Source of the DNA: Ylistrum balloti
Lineage: Eukaryota
DNA: 64,000 nt
NCBI RefSeq assembly: GCF_031769215.1
Contig: NW_026781939.1
Coordinates: forward strand, 806,001 to 870,000
Direction of reading: 5' to 3'
Of the stretch, positions 38,601 through 61,054 are shown piece by piece (positions within the stretch are counted from its first letter, which is position 1; every line of letters starts with the position of its first letter). The notes below the pieces were generated by a model that saw only the letters and a list, made by a program, of their open reading frames with translations, was not told the origin of the DNA and did not search any database. A program made the position numbers and the translations under genes.

Positions 38601-41600
38601 GGTCAAGGGGGACAGATTATCTTTGCACTGATGTACCTAGTATTCTGTAGGAACAAAGATCAAGGAGGATGGATTATCTTTGCACTGATGTACCTGGTAT
38701 TCTGTAGGAACAAGGTCAAGGAGAACAGTTCATCTTCACACTGATGTACCTGGTATTCCATGGTAACTAAGGTCAAGGGGGACAGATTATCTTCACACTG
38801 ATGTACCTAGTAGGAACAAAGATCAAGGAGGACGGATTATCTTTCGATTGATGTACCTGGTATTCTATGGTAACTAAGGTCAAGGGGGACAGATTATCTT
38901 CACACTGATGTACCTAGTAGGAACAAAGATCAAGGAGGACGGATTATCTTTCGATTGATGTACCTGGTATTCTATGGTAACTAAGGTCAAGGGGGACAGA
39001 TTATCTTTGCACTGATGTACCTGGTATTGTGTAAGTGTGCAAGCAAAGGAGTAATAATGATCTTTGGACTGATATGATGTACCTGGTACCAGAACTTGCA
39101 TCTGATGCATAATATGGGAATTTAGGCCGAGAGAGTTAACTATCTTAGGTCTGATGTATTCTATGACAATCAAGGCTAGGCAGGGTGGATTATCTTGGGG
39201 TATATGTATTCTATGTGAACCAAGGCTAGGCAGGGTGGATTATCTTGGGGGCATATGTATTCTATGTGAACCCAGGCTAGGAAGGGTGGATTATCTTGGG
39301 GCATATGTACTCTATGTGAACCAAGGCTAGGAAGGGTGGATCATTTTGGGGTATATGTATTCTATGTGAACCAAAGCTAGGCAGGGTGGGTTATTTTGGG
39401 GCAAACATATTCTATGGGAACCCTGAAAGCCAAGTAGAGGGGATTATCTAGAGTTTTCAGTATTACAGGAAATGAATTGGAAATGTTACCTCTTTAAGGA
39501 ACTGCACACCAATCTGTTTGAAAAGTGGGTCATCAAAGTCCAACAGAAGGTTGCTGCAATGACATAAATAAGATATACAGTATGTTCCAGCCTGCTGAAA
39601 GTTATGTACAACTTCTTTAATTTGAAAAATTCTCAGTAGCATCCATGACATTTATACCAAAACATTTACCCTCATCTCAACATTAAGTGGTTACTTTGTA
39701 TATAAACCAAATCTGTTAAGCATTTTGAAGATATCAAATAGATTCAAATTGGATGCAACATAATCATGAACAGATGAACCATCCTACATGTACAACTTTC
39801 TCTCCTTCCTAAAATTATGAAGGCATAAAGATAATATCATTTCATTGATTTCTTTGTAAATGTTATTCAAGTTACCATAAAAAAACCTTACCAACAATAG
39901 GTTCCGTTGAACCCTGCCCAGTCTGGCAATCTAGAAACATTGGACTCAGGAAATAGCCTACAAATAAAACAGTGAAGCAAGTATTATCTCAATTTTGATC
40001 ACCACTTGACGATTGTACAGTTTTACAGTGAGGAAGTTAAATGTAAATGACTGATTCATACTATCTTAAAATTATATATTAACATGTCAAAATGACTTCA
40101 TGTTTAAACAAGATGTGTTTATGAAATACTATGCCCCTGGTTGCAAAAGAAATTCTGAATTCTGAACTGTACTGTGCAAGTCATATGCCAATTGCATGCA
40201 GACTTTGTGAAACGCTTATGTCTTCATTGTGAGAATGATTTGTTTTTTCACTTTCAAATGTAGGTCAAAGGTCACGGTCAAGGTCAAATCATAAAAAAAC
40301 AAAAGGTACCATCAGAAAGGTCTTGTCACGAGGAACACACATGCAAAATACAAAAGCCCCACCTCTTATGGTACAATAGTTATGAGGAAGGTTAAAGTTG
40401 ACAACAGAGAGCACCAAAACAACATGCCAACTGTCCTTCAATCAGGGGGCATAAAAACATGACCAGCTTATTCACATATTGTCAAATGAATTTTTCTGTC
40501 GCTACATGGAAATAAAAAACCTTGAGTAATCAATTAAATCGTGATTTTGTTTGGGATAAATGAGAGGGAAATACTGAATCTTTGTAAATTTGATACATTG
40601 ATTAAATGTTTAAACTCTATTCACCATGTTATTGCCTCAGGGACATGTCCAGCAAAGCCAGGTAATACTGGAATCATTCCCAGCTCTCTCGCCCGGTCAA
40701 GAATCTTGTGTTGTAGGACCAACTGTTGGTCAATCCATGACTGAGGTAGTGGTCCACCCCATCCATGCATGTTACCCATTCTGGACCTTTCAGGGGAGAT
40801 AACACATACAATTATACAATGTATGAAAGCAGGAACAACTCACATCTGGGTTGTTTTTGATCATGTTTGACAAGTGGCACAAGGGTTACTTATTTATGAA
40901 GAGGGGTAGACCTACTGTTCTGACTTTGCTCTCTGATAAGCTTTATTTCATTAAACATTTCACTGTCTGTATTTGTATTTGCAAATTTTATGCAATTTAT
41001 AAGCCTGACATACTATTTAAAAGGCTGAGGATCTGTTATTCTACATTAAAAAACAAACCCCTGTTCTACTTCAGTTCTATTAGCAAAACATTGCTAATTA
41101 TAAACAAGTGGTTTATGATTTCTAATGTAGCGAGGATATTATATTTCAGGATACCATACTTTGTTTAGATTTGTTTCACAAGGATATTATATTTGAATAA
41201 ACCAAATTCCAATTTTCAGCAAAGGCTTATACAGTTTGTACTGTAAATGTGATAGTGTAAACTTTGATATTTAATAACCTCACATACTCACCAGGCAAGA
41301 AAGGCTGGACCACCAAAATGTCTCTGTATGTCGTACATTGTGAATCCCATTCTCATGTAGATCTGAAGTTAAACATATTTGTGGAATCATGCTGACATAA
41401 AATATCTTAAACTTAAAGATTACCATTCTTTAACAGATTTCACTATCAATCACATACATAAAATTTTTTTCAAAATGAAAACATAAAATCAAAAATATTA
41501 TAAATTAAATAAAATAAATAAGGATCTCCTGTCTTGGATTAGAATCAATTTAAAAATTTGAAATATGCTTCAGTTGACCTATAAGATTTGATCCAAGCAT

Positions 41601-44600
41601 TTTTCATCTAGTTTTATACAATAATGTACATGTATAACGAATAATTACCCGCTGAAATATAGCCTCCTGTCCGGTGAAGGCTAAAGGCATGTTGATGCCA
41701 TGTAAAGCCATCCAGTCTAACTGTTGTTGCCAGTCTGTCCAGTTATACCATACAAATGAGTAATCCACCGTACACACATTCTGATAATACCGGAACCTGA
41801 TAAATGGTGTACAAATTGAAATACAAGTATATAGCACTATTAGAAATAAAATTTGAAGAGCCAATTTTGACCCTGAAAAACATCTTAAAATTCCATTATC
41901 CAATACCTGTATTAATTTAAATATTAAATGATAGTGCATATTAATTTACAGGCAATGCAGACAACTAGGATATTCATTAGCAAGAAGTGACTAAGGTAAA
42001 GTTTACCTATCATTTGTAGTCACTTTTATTCCCGGGGCTGGGACCTTAGGCAGAGAGGATGGAATGTTCATCTGTTGTCCCGCCCACGTGTACTGACACC
42101 CACAGTAATTGGTTAAGTAGTAATACAGGCCCATGGCAACTGCCACTCCTGTAGTCCCAGTGATGTTGACATAGGATCCAGATGTGGTAATCTGTAAAGA
42201 TAAAACAATTCTGGTATAAAACAAGACTGGCAAATATATCAAAGTTCACAATATCAAAGGTCGCTGTCCTATTCTATAATGAAATATTCTAGTCTAAGAG
42301 AGCCTTGTTCCATCTAATTACATTGTAAAAGCTGTATAGACATGGAATTAAAAAATATATATACATATGTATACAATGGCTATTTCTTAAATGCTTTTAA
42401 AACAACCAATATCAGTCTGCAATATCACCAATAATGTACATTTTTGAGAGATTTTAAGAGGACCATATGAAGAGCAGTTTTTTTTGTTACCTGAAAAGTG
42501 TCTCTATTTTTTGGTCCTAATGTAGATGATATGGCTGCTTTGAATTCACTTGCTCTCTTCCCGACAATGCGACCAATTAGAGCCTGTGCAGCAGCAGCTT
42601 GTGTCTCTGGTGTGGCTTTTGGTTTAAGGTGATCCAATGTCTGAAATTCTGTTATGAAAGATCATTTACAGGTACATTACTCATGTTATTGTCCAAGTCC
42701 AACTTTCCTCCATAGATTTCACCATCAGCAAACGACTGAATTTTCCTCACATATTTTCAAAATATGACATACATGTAAATTGAAGGTAAACTGTATACCT
42801 GATTGAAAAATTGCCAACAAACATATTTTTCAAATTGTAGGTATTAAGTGTAACATTGTTTGCAAGGATATTCTGGACTACTATGATACTGAACACCTGT
42901 GAATAACTTCAATAAGTCATTACACAATAATTACCAGTAAAGTTTATGGTCAATATTCTTATGGTATGATAAAGTATACTACATTTTGTAACAGCTTGGA
43001 CCACATACATGCAAAACATATGAGTATCTATGACAATTAATTGCTGATCTTACATAATGGATGTCCGATCTTTATCTATATATCTATTTGTCTACATACA
43101 TGCAGTATTCTCATTAACAGCTCAGGTTGTCATCTGAGAAAAGATATAATTAATTTTGTCTGATTTTATCTGATTTAGAACGGATATTTTCCACATGAAT
43201 AAGAAAATGGATGACTTTTACAAGAAATCAATGTTTAGTCAGCTATTTTCTAAAAATAATTATTGTCACGTATAAGTTACTGTACTGCTGTGTTGAAACT
43301 CATTGAAAACATATACTTTTTACATTAATGTATCTTTTATCGTATATTCACCTTTTACAGCTCCAGCTGTAGAAACAAACAGAAGCATTGAACACACCTA
43401 TGGAACAAACAAGAAAAATATGAGAATATCTGTGAATCATCTAATTAAGAATATCACTAAAAGAACTGAATAAGTACATGTAGAAATTAAATACATAATA
43501 TAACAAAATAATATGATTTAGAACTATATATAAATCATATATTTACATTTTTTTGTGATAAAAGGCTAACTTATTACCTATTGTAATCCTGGTAAAACAC
43601 TAGCTGCAATATATTGCTTGGCTAGAGAGAACTTGGAGTAACAATGAACTACTAACCAATCAAACATCAACAAACACCCATCCTTTAATTGTACATGTAC
43701 AAACTTATGTTTGTTGCCATGCATGTATGATGGCCCCTTTGAAACTACATATGGAATTGAATATACAGTACTTGCACATCAAAAACCCGCTAAATGATAT
43801 CATCCAGGTTGAGATAGGAAAAGCTATACCGTAAAACCTTTTTTTCAGAAGTCAATTCAAGACTTTGCCATTTTGTTTTAAGATTCTTGACTTAGATTGT
43901 TGAAACATAGAACTAAAAATGACACTCAATTGTTACTAATATGCCAAACCAAGTCATGTCATCATTACATGTTGCTGTTTATATCAGCCATTTACATTTT
44001 TGAGGGAGTGTATATTTGAATGCAGCACTCAAACATTGAATTGTGATGAATTCGTTCAAAGTGTAAGATATTTATAACAGTTCAATAATTTTTTTTAGAA
44101 AATCCTATAAATTATGTGATATTTTATTCTTGAGATCTAGATGAATTATCCTGGACTGTTTTGAAGTCTTTACTGAAACCAAGTATGTCATGTAACAGTG
44201 ATCCACGACAAAGGAAAAAAAGGACAGTGAGTATGTTAACTGATATGGAATTTAAACAATGTAAGAAACATCAAAACATTAAAGGTCATTCAGTGTGTAC
44301 ACAGTAATGGTTATTTATTAGCATTTATTAGCATAAATAATGGACGCAGACTTAAAGCCTCTATGTCCATATCACATATTTACATATTGCATAGTAAGTA
44401 ATTTCAGTGTTAATGGCTTATATTAGTTAATTAATGCACAATCATGTATTGAAACGGATATTTTTCCAATGTTCATCTAACATTATTTCAAATTTTATTA
44501 CAGAGTCCGCATTTATGGTATTCCGCCACAAGCATACATTTCACAATTTCGGCTTAGTTGCATGTATGGAGGCACAATGTACTCATTTGAGAAGAGAGTG

Positions 44601-45040
44601 TATTTCAACTAGACAGGGAAATACTAGCCATTTATGCACATATTTCCGAATTCGTCTGGTCATAACTTAGGTCTAACTGGTTCATCAAACACTCATTGGA
44701 AAGATCTAACTTCTCTCCTAAGGTAACATGGGCACAATTTTTTTAAACATAAGTTAAATTTTTCCTTCTCGGAAGTTACAATCCTAGTCATTAAATACGT
44801 ATATATGAATCATGCCGAACCCCTTTGGAGTACAGTATGCTACAAATGTACAGTAATAAGGGAAGTTAACCTCATTACCTCATAAAGTGAAAGTGAACAA
44901 GTAAGGATACTGGTCAGGCTTTTTAAAAATTTTGGACATGTAAATAAAGAGAATGATAAGTTGGAGAGGAAAAGTGGTGAAAGTTGAACAGGAAATATAT
45001 CGAAATATCATACACAGATCCTGGTAAACGCAGGAAACAT
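29486..45040 (-). CDS. NAGLU: Alpha-N-acetylglucosaminidase (GH89), 23 coding exons, about 800 aa
   Basis: Phase-consistent GT-AG exon chain totalling 2403 nt; motifs [37 protein letters not shown] and TPEGI (catalytic Glu pair), [29 protein letters not shown]. Confidence 0.97.
30848..30947 (-). CDS. NAGLU: NAGLU exon 22
   Basis: [33 protein letters not shown]. Confidence 0.93.
31474..31662. repeat. Minisatellite, 47-bp unit, about 4 copies (NAGLU intron 21)
   Basis: CTACC at 31476 and 31523; unit GTCTACCAGTGGGCAAGAGATCACTATGTTTCAGACCCCATGACCAG. Confidence 0.95.
31701..31758 (-). CDS. NAGLU: NAGLU exon 21
   Basis: [19 protein letters not shown]. Confidence 0.95.
32051..32094 (-). CDS. NAGLU: NAGLU exon 20
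   Basis: [14 protein letters not shown]; GTAAGT donor. Confidence 0.95.
32635..32818 (-). CDS. NAGLU: NAGLU exon 19
   Basis: [28 protein letters not shown]...[14 protein letters not shown]. Confidence 0.96.
33293..33397 (-). CDS. NAGLU: NAGLU exon 18
   Basis: [34 protein letters not shown]. Confidence 0.93.
33620..34290 (+). mobile_element. Degenerate non-autonomous Helentron-type (HINE/CvA-pearl-like) element with about 145-bp internal repeats
   Basis: ATGGTC/AAGATGG(C/T)C cores near 33789, 33933 and 34078; 3' end GGTGAGCTTATAAA resembles the recalled CAGGTGAGCTAAAA terminus. Confidence 0.45.
34381..34466 (-). CDS. NAGLU: NAGLU exon 17
   Basis: [28 protein letters not shown]. Confidence 0.94.
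34909..35004 (-). CDS. NAGLU: NAGLU exon 16
   Basis: [32 protein letters not shown]. Confidence 0.93.
35250..35322 (-). CDS. NAGLU: NAGLU exon 15
   Basis: [24 protein letters not shown]. Confidence 0.94.
35596..35738 (-). CDS. NAGLU: NAGLU exon 14 (catalytic PEG motif)
   Basis: [32 protein letters not shown]... Confidence 0.96.
36224..36373 (-). CDS. NAGLU: NAGLU exon 13
   Basis: [11 protein letters not shown]...[14 protein letters not shown]...NINN. Confidence 0.96.
36574..36655 (-). CDS. NAGLU: NAGLU exon 12
   Basis: [27 protein letters not shown]. Confidence 0.95.
36975..37049 (-). CDS. NAGLU: NAGLU exon 11
   Basis: [25 protein letters not shown]. Confidence 0.94.
37590..37645 (+). 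ncRNA. Degenerate hammerhead ribozyme core (probably inactive)
   Basis: CTGATGA (37599), stem II GTTC-TAGAA-GGAC, AAAA in place of GAAA, stem III CAAC-TGTAT-GTTG. Confidence 0.4.
37916..37986 (-). CDS. NAGLU: NAGLU exon 10 (catalytic FNE motif)
   Basis: [23 protein letters not shown]. Confidence 0.96.
38555..39035. repeat. Minisatellite, 50-57 bp units with a 107-bp higher-order dimer
   Basis: GACAGA at 38781, 38888, 38995 (period 107 = 50 + 57 units); shared core GATTATCTT..CTGATGTACCT. Confidence 0.95.
39160..39450. repeat. Minisatellite, 50-bp unit, about 5 copies
   Basis: CAAGGCTAGG at 39171 and 39221; unit TATTCTATGTGAACCAAGGCTAGGCAGGGTGGATTATCTTGGGGCATATG. Confidence 0.93.
39490..39553 (-). 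CDS. NAGLU: NAGLU exon 9
   Basis: [21 protein letters not shown]. Confidence 0.94.
39892..39957 (-). CDS. NAGLU: NAGLU exon 8
   Basis: [21 protein letters not shown]. Confidence 0.93.
40107..40457 (+). mobile_element. Non-autonomous Helentron-type (HINE/CvA-pearl-like) element
   Basis: 5' AACAAGATGTGTTT.. with subterminal ATGCCCC (40131) and inverted GGGGCAT+AAAAA at the 3' end (40446); internal AAGGTCACGGTCAAGGTCA motif typical of this bivalve family (recalled). Confidence 0.7.
40625..40786 (-). CDS. NAGLU: NAGLU exon 7
   Basis: [14 protein letters not shown]...[15 protein letters not shown]; AAG acceptor. Confidence 0.94.
41292..41362 (-). CDS. NAGLU: NAGLU exon 6
   Basis: [24 protein letters not shown]; GTGAGT donor. 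Confidence 0.95.
41649..41796 (-). CDS. NAGLU: NAGLU exon 5
   Basis: [14 protein letters not shown]...[22 protein letters not shown]. Confidence 0.96.
42007..42191 (-). CDS. NAGLU: NAGLU exon 4
   Basis: [36 protein letters not shown]...NDR. Confidence 0.95.
42491..42648 (-). CDS. NAGLU: NAGLU exon 3
   Basis: [27 protein letters not shown]...RDTFQ; CAG|GTAACA. Confidence 0.93.
43352..43397 (-). CDS. NAGLU: NAGLU exon 2 ([15 protein letters not shown])
   Basis: Pyrimidine tract+TAG acceptor, AAG|GTGAAT donor, hydrophobic core. Confidence 0.75.
45014..45040 (-). CDS. NAGLU: NAGLU exon 1 (MFPAFTRIC), start of signal peptide
   Basis: ATG..TGT|GTATGA; phase 0 joins exon 2 to give a signal-peptide-like N-terminus. 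Confidence 0.6.
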
Positions 45041-45545
45041 CGTAACTGTCACCAGACGGTGGCGGCGTCGTCTGTCATGTGATCACCAAGTTCGATTCGG
45101 AACTTTAATGACAGTCGTTACGTTTAACATCGAGAAATCCGAACAACAAGACTCCGCGCCAACGATGCATATTTAAACAGAGATATTAAAGCATCCTAGA
45201 GCATAACATTATCAATTTCTCAGAATAATTAAAAAGAAATGATTATCAAAAGAGTTCAGGAAAATCTTTAATTTGTTTTCAAATATTTATATAATTTCCG
45301 GTTGACAGTTTTGGCTTTTAGTAAACACCATCCACACATCCGGAACACTTCAAGATTTTCCATTGGTAGATGATCTGCGGGAATCGACCGAGGTGTTCCG
45401 ACTGCTTTCTAGAATGCCTACTTCCTGGTTCACTGGATTTTATAGATAATTTCTAAAATTGAGGATTCACCTAAGTTTAATGGATTGTGTCAGTAAGGCG
45501 GATCGAAAACAGGGACACATATGCTTAACTTTTCACTCAAAGGTA
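45041..45545. promoter_or_regulatory. Putative bidirectional promoter of NAGLU (-) and SYK (+), including a probable non-coding SYK first exon ending at 45542
   Basis: CpG-dense compared with flanks; GTCATGTGAT (45074), TTCCGG (45297), CCGGAA (45341), ACTTCCTG (45420); donor AAG|GTATGT at 45542/3 and acceptor CTATAG at 46007. Confidence 0.65.
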
Positions 45546-46061
45546 TGTTGATATTGTCGATTCAAGGAATTTACCATTGATCATAAATTTATCAAAAGGA
45601 CAGCCTGACTGTCAAGACAGGGAAGTTGCTTTTACTCTTAGTAGTAAGCTGCACATATATACATGTATGCATGTATAATCCAACGCGTCTGAGGAGGCCA
45701 GATTTATTGTAAAATTGATTGTAATATCGAAACAGTATAATTGAAGCATATATCTTACTGTTCCAGTGACTTTTTGTCTGCTCAGTACAAGTGCAGTGTA
45801 AATTTCGCAGAAAAATATCGGAATTGCGGCTACATATTGTATATATAACTAATTGAAATTGGGAAGAAATGGTTCTTGTCTCCTGACTGGATGGATTAAA
45901 AAGATATAAAAGGTTTTCAAGTAGATATGTGATCATGGCTATCCCTCTAAAACAGATTACTTGAAATTAATGACAAATATATTGTTGTTTTTTTTTCATT
46001 TCTATAGAGAGGAATGTGTGACTGAACATCCCATATATGAGAGAACTTGACTGCATACAAC

Positions 46062-56846
<10,785 letters not shown>

Positions 56847-56854
56847 GCATATCA

Positions 56855-57200
56855 GGTTATACTGGTGACAGATTTCACTCTTCTGTGTTGGAGGGCAGGA
56901 CTTATCGTACTTATAATCTGTCCTTAATTCTCTGTGTGATATTCAACACAGTGCTACATACATTACTGGTGACAGATTTCACTCTTCTGTGTTGGAGGGC
57001 AGGACTTATCGTACTTATAATCTGTCCTTAATTCTGTGTGATATTCAACACAGTGCTACATACATTACTGGTGACAGATTTCACTCTTCTGTGTTGGAGG
57101 GCAGGACTTATCATACTTATAATCTGTCCTTAATTCTCTGTGTGATATTCAACACAGTGCTACATGCATTACTTGTGGGTGTAACATACATTACTGGTGA
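56855..57200. repeat. Tandem repeat, 102-104 bp unit x3, just 3' of the SYK stop codon
   Basis: ACTGGTGACAGATTTC at 56861, 56965 and 57067; partial fourth unit near 57194. Confidence 0.97.
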
Positions 57201-60200
57201 TTATAACATATATTACTGGTATACCACAAAGTCATAATGGATAATTGACATCGAACATACTAATTCAGCTTCACATCAAGCGGAGGACAAGCCTAAACAC
57301 AAAGAATGTTTCTGTCTTTCTGAGGCTGAAGTTAATCCATGAAAGTCTGTTCTAACTTTTTCCTATAGGCCAGCCACATTTACCATATTTGGTAGTGGAT
57401 GGTATCAGACACATATAAAACTGTAAACTAGTATTGTTATTGAAGTATGGTTATTAATTATTAACCATCACATTTACTGAACAAATATAAAGCTATACCA
57501 ATCAAAGCCTAGTATAAACACTGAGATGTTGTTGTTTTTTTAGAATATAAGAGGCAATATATGAATTATGTACATTGTGTAAATATATTTCTATAAATAC
57601 AATGTGTATGGTGTGAATGTAAGTTGGAGAAGTATGTGATATCATATAAGGGCTATTCAAGTACAATATCTGCCCCATGTCAGAAACCTAGGTTTTGAAG
57701 GGTACCATCCTTAGAATTTAATTGATGATTTACTTAGAAGTAATAGGCCAAAAACATGAACTGTGGATTAAATTAATTATTTTGGAATCCTGGGATTAGG
57801 TACCAGGTAGTTGTTTTACTGGAATAGCCCTAAGTCATATTGGTTTCTGTGAAACATTAGAGTGACAGTGTAAAGTCAGAGGGTTGTTCCACCTGACACA
57901 GCAAGGGAGGCATGTCAGGAATCTGTCACAAAATCATAACATTTAAAAATCATAGAAAATAAATATGTTACTTCCATTAGTTCTTAATTATCAAAAGAAA
58001 AGTGAAAGACTTATTTCTACTGGGGAATATCTGCATGATATACTTTTCATAAAAATCCTTCTACTTACATGTACTTATTAGATACTGGAGTATCTTGTGA
58101 TAATTGATACCATATCAGTATATATTTACTTCTAATACTCAGAATCTAAGCATAACACATGTCCAGTTTATATAAAAAAAATGATGGAATAAAGAAGCGT
58201 ATGTTGTGTAGTTTCGCTGGTATGCTTCCTACACCTCATTCTGTGGAAATTTTGTCTTCACTCATAAACAGTATGACAGATACAGATGTAGGGTTATAAT
58301 TTGGTACGTAGTTGTATGATAATAATATACAGGTCTAGTTCAGATTTAGTTTGGTTCATTCAATTTTTTCTGGATCATGGATATGTAACTCTTTAGATTT
58401 TGAGCAATTTTTCTCTAAAATTGTAGGATGTTACTCCAATTGGAATCTTAAAAATATCACTAAAAAAATGTGATGAAAATGTCTAGAGTACACACCCAAG
58501 AATGACTTCACTTGGAATGGAATTTGAACCAGGCCAGTTGATGGTTTACTTACTTAATCTTTCCTCGTCAACTGATATCGGACTTATTCTGAAAACTTTA
58601 TGTGTACACCTCATAACAAAGCCAATACATTAAACAATTTCAAACTTCTCCTTGGTAGCCATTCAGGATGGATTCATTCTCTCAAAAACAACAATGCAAG
58701 CTTGTCCTTAATTTCAATTGATGAAAATTGCATATTGAAAGTTATTTCAGTTGTCACTATTTATGTAGTAATTTAGATTGTTTTCTCCTATTTACTGGCA
58801 ATATTAATTCCTTTAATCCGCAAACAACTGACTGGTCTTATTTTTTTGTTAAAAAGTTTAAATTCCTTCTGGTGTTTCTCTTTCTGTGAGCAATATATAA
58901 AATTGTTTTCTCTGAGTGTCAAGTAACATTTTCAGTTTACTTGTGTGTTTTTTTAGATAATAAAACATGTTTAGGAATCATTGTTAAGTTTGTTGATTTA
59001 AATTCAAATATAAATGCTTGTATATTCAAGATGTTGATATCAAAATATTATTGACTAAATCTATAAGATGGAGAGGTATAGACTCTCACTAATTTTATGT
59101 ACATGTGCTTGTATATATATACAATATGTATTCAGTCCCTGAAAGATCTCTTACTAAACACATACATGTAACACTGTATGTAGGATTTGATGTGCTTATT
59201 GAGGAAATACAGGTGGTTTCTTGTTGTTACCACAAGTGATCAGGTTTATCATTCTTGTTTTCATGTGTGTCAAGTAAGTTAAAGACAAATGTCACATTTA
59301 TTGTGTCAGAGTTGAAAAATGATATAAAAAAATCAAAAATTTTGAATTACATATCTTCTGTTGCTGGCCATCTCTCAAATTAAAATTTTAACTTTAACTT
59401 AATTAAAACTATATATATGAATGTTATCTCTCCAATTAATTAACACAATTTATCCTACGAAATATCAGCGTTGATTTTGTTGATGTTGCCAGGACTGCAT
59501 TTTTTATTTGAATTAGCATGTTATATCAAGTCATATTTATATTATTTGTTCCAACAACAGTTTTCAGAATATCAATTTCATTGTAGAATATGAATTACAA
59601 TACTTTTCAATACATTTATTTAGTTTTCAATTCTGGTATTGATTCTATAAGACTTTTATCAGCATGAAACATTTAATCTAGTTCTTTATGTAGAAAATAT
59701 TATACAAACTGTATAAAAAGAGTTGCCAAACCACTGACAAAAAGGGTATGATCAGATAATTATCTTGAATATAGTCATATGAAATAGGTAAACTGAACCT
59801 GTTATAAAAGTCTGGATTATTTCTTCGTTGACAAATATCTTTTTTTTAATATACTTTTTGTTATCTTGAGTTTATCTGCCTGTGTCTTGGCTTCACCAAA
59901 GTTAAATTCTACCCTCAGTGATAAGTAAATTAATTGTTATCAATATTTTTTATCAATAGACCAATCCTCAAAAATGTTTATTTTTGACAAGTCTGTTTTG
60001 AATTAAATCATTTTAACCTGTTTTGTATAACATTGCATTTTGAAATCTGGTTTGTTCTATACATCAGTGAAAGGATGTTGTAGATAATGTTTTACATTAG
60101 AGTTTTTAAAGAAATTTGCTTTAAAGTAAATGGTATAGATGGAACGCTGACCCTCAGAAAACAGAAAGTAAAAAACACTTACCTACATTACAGTCATGAC

Positions 60201-61054
60201 ACTATATTTAACAAGATCACAGGGAATGGTGGACAAATGTGGGTATGAAGAAAGCTTATTGTCTGTGATGTCATTCTACAGTATTGCTGATGGAATAAAC
60301 CTCAGAAAAATGTAACTCGGAAATGTATGTTTTAGGGATAAGTAAAGGTCAAATTAACGAGAGAAAAACCCTTATCTGCCTGAATTTTCCACCAGGAGGG
60401 AAAAGATCTCATTTGAATTTAACAAAACTTCCAAGTCTAAACATTTGATGTATTTTAGATAATTTTTTGTTCATTTAACTGAAATGCAGAATACATTTTT
60501 TTTAAGTCTGGTTGAAATTGTGCAAAGTTGTATAATGTTAGGCAACAATAATTTCAAGTGCAATATTTGTTTAACTGAGTTAAAAAGCTAGCTTCATACG
60601 AAACAGTTCTATCACATAATTATGAAAGAAATGTTAATTTGGGTGAAATCTGGATTATCCTCTGTTCCTTTGTTACATGAGCATGTCATGTGTTGTGCAC
60701 GTGTGTTTCATGTGTGTGTATCACAAGTGAATTCTATGGGTATGTAGCATAGCTAGTAACTGTAACTACAAATGTAGCAAAGCTTATTACCATTTACTAT
60801 AGTGTATTGGGTGACCTCAGCTTGCAGCCACCAACATTGTTGTCACTCTGGAATAGAGAGATATAGCAGGTAATACTATTTAAGTTGGTAAGATTGGAAG
60901 AGGAGGAAGGATTGAAGGGGCTGGGATGGGGAGGGGGAATTGAAAGGGATGGATGGAGAGGGGGAATTGAAATGATAATTACATAAATATGTTGATATGT
61001 TCAAAAACAACTTTGTACAGTATGTTCAATTTTTTTCTTCTGACAAATTCATTA

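Noticed and set aside
60181-60290. Minus-strand exon candidate ending at a GTAAGT donor
   Set aside because: The open frame ends in TAG at the junction, and I found no partner exons or homology
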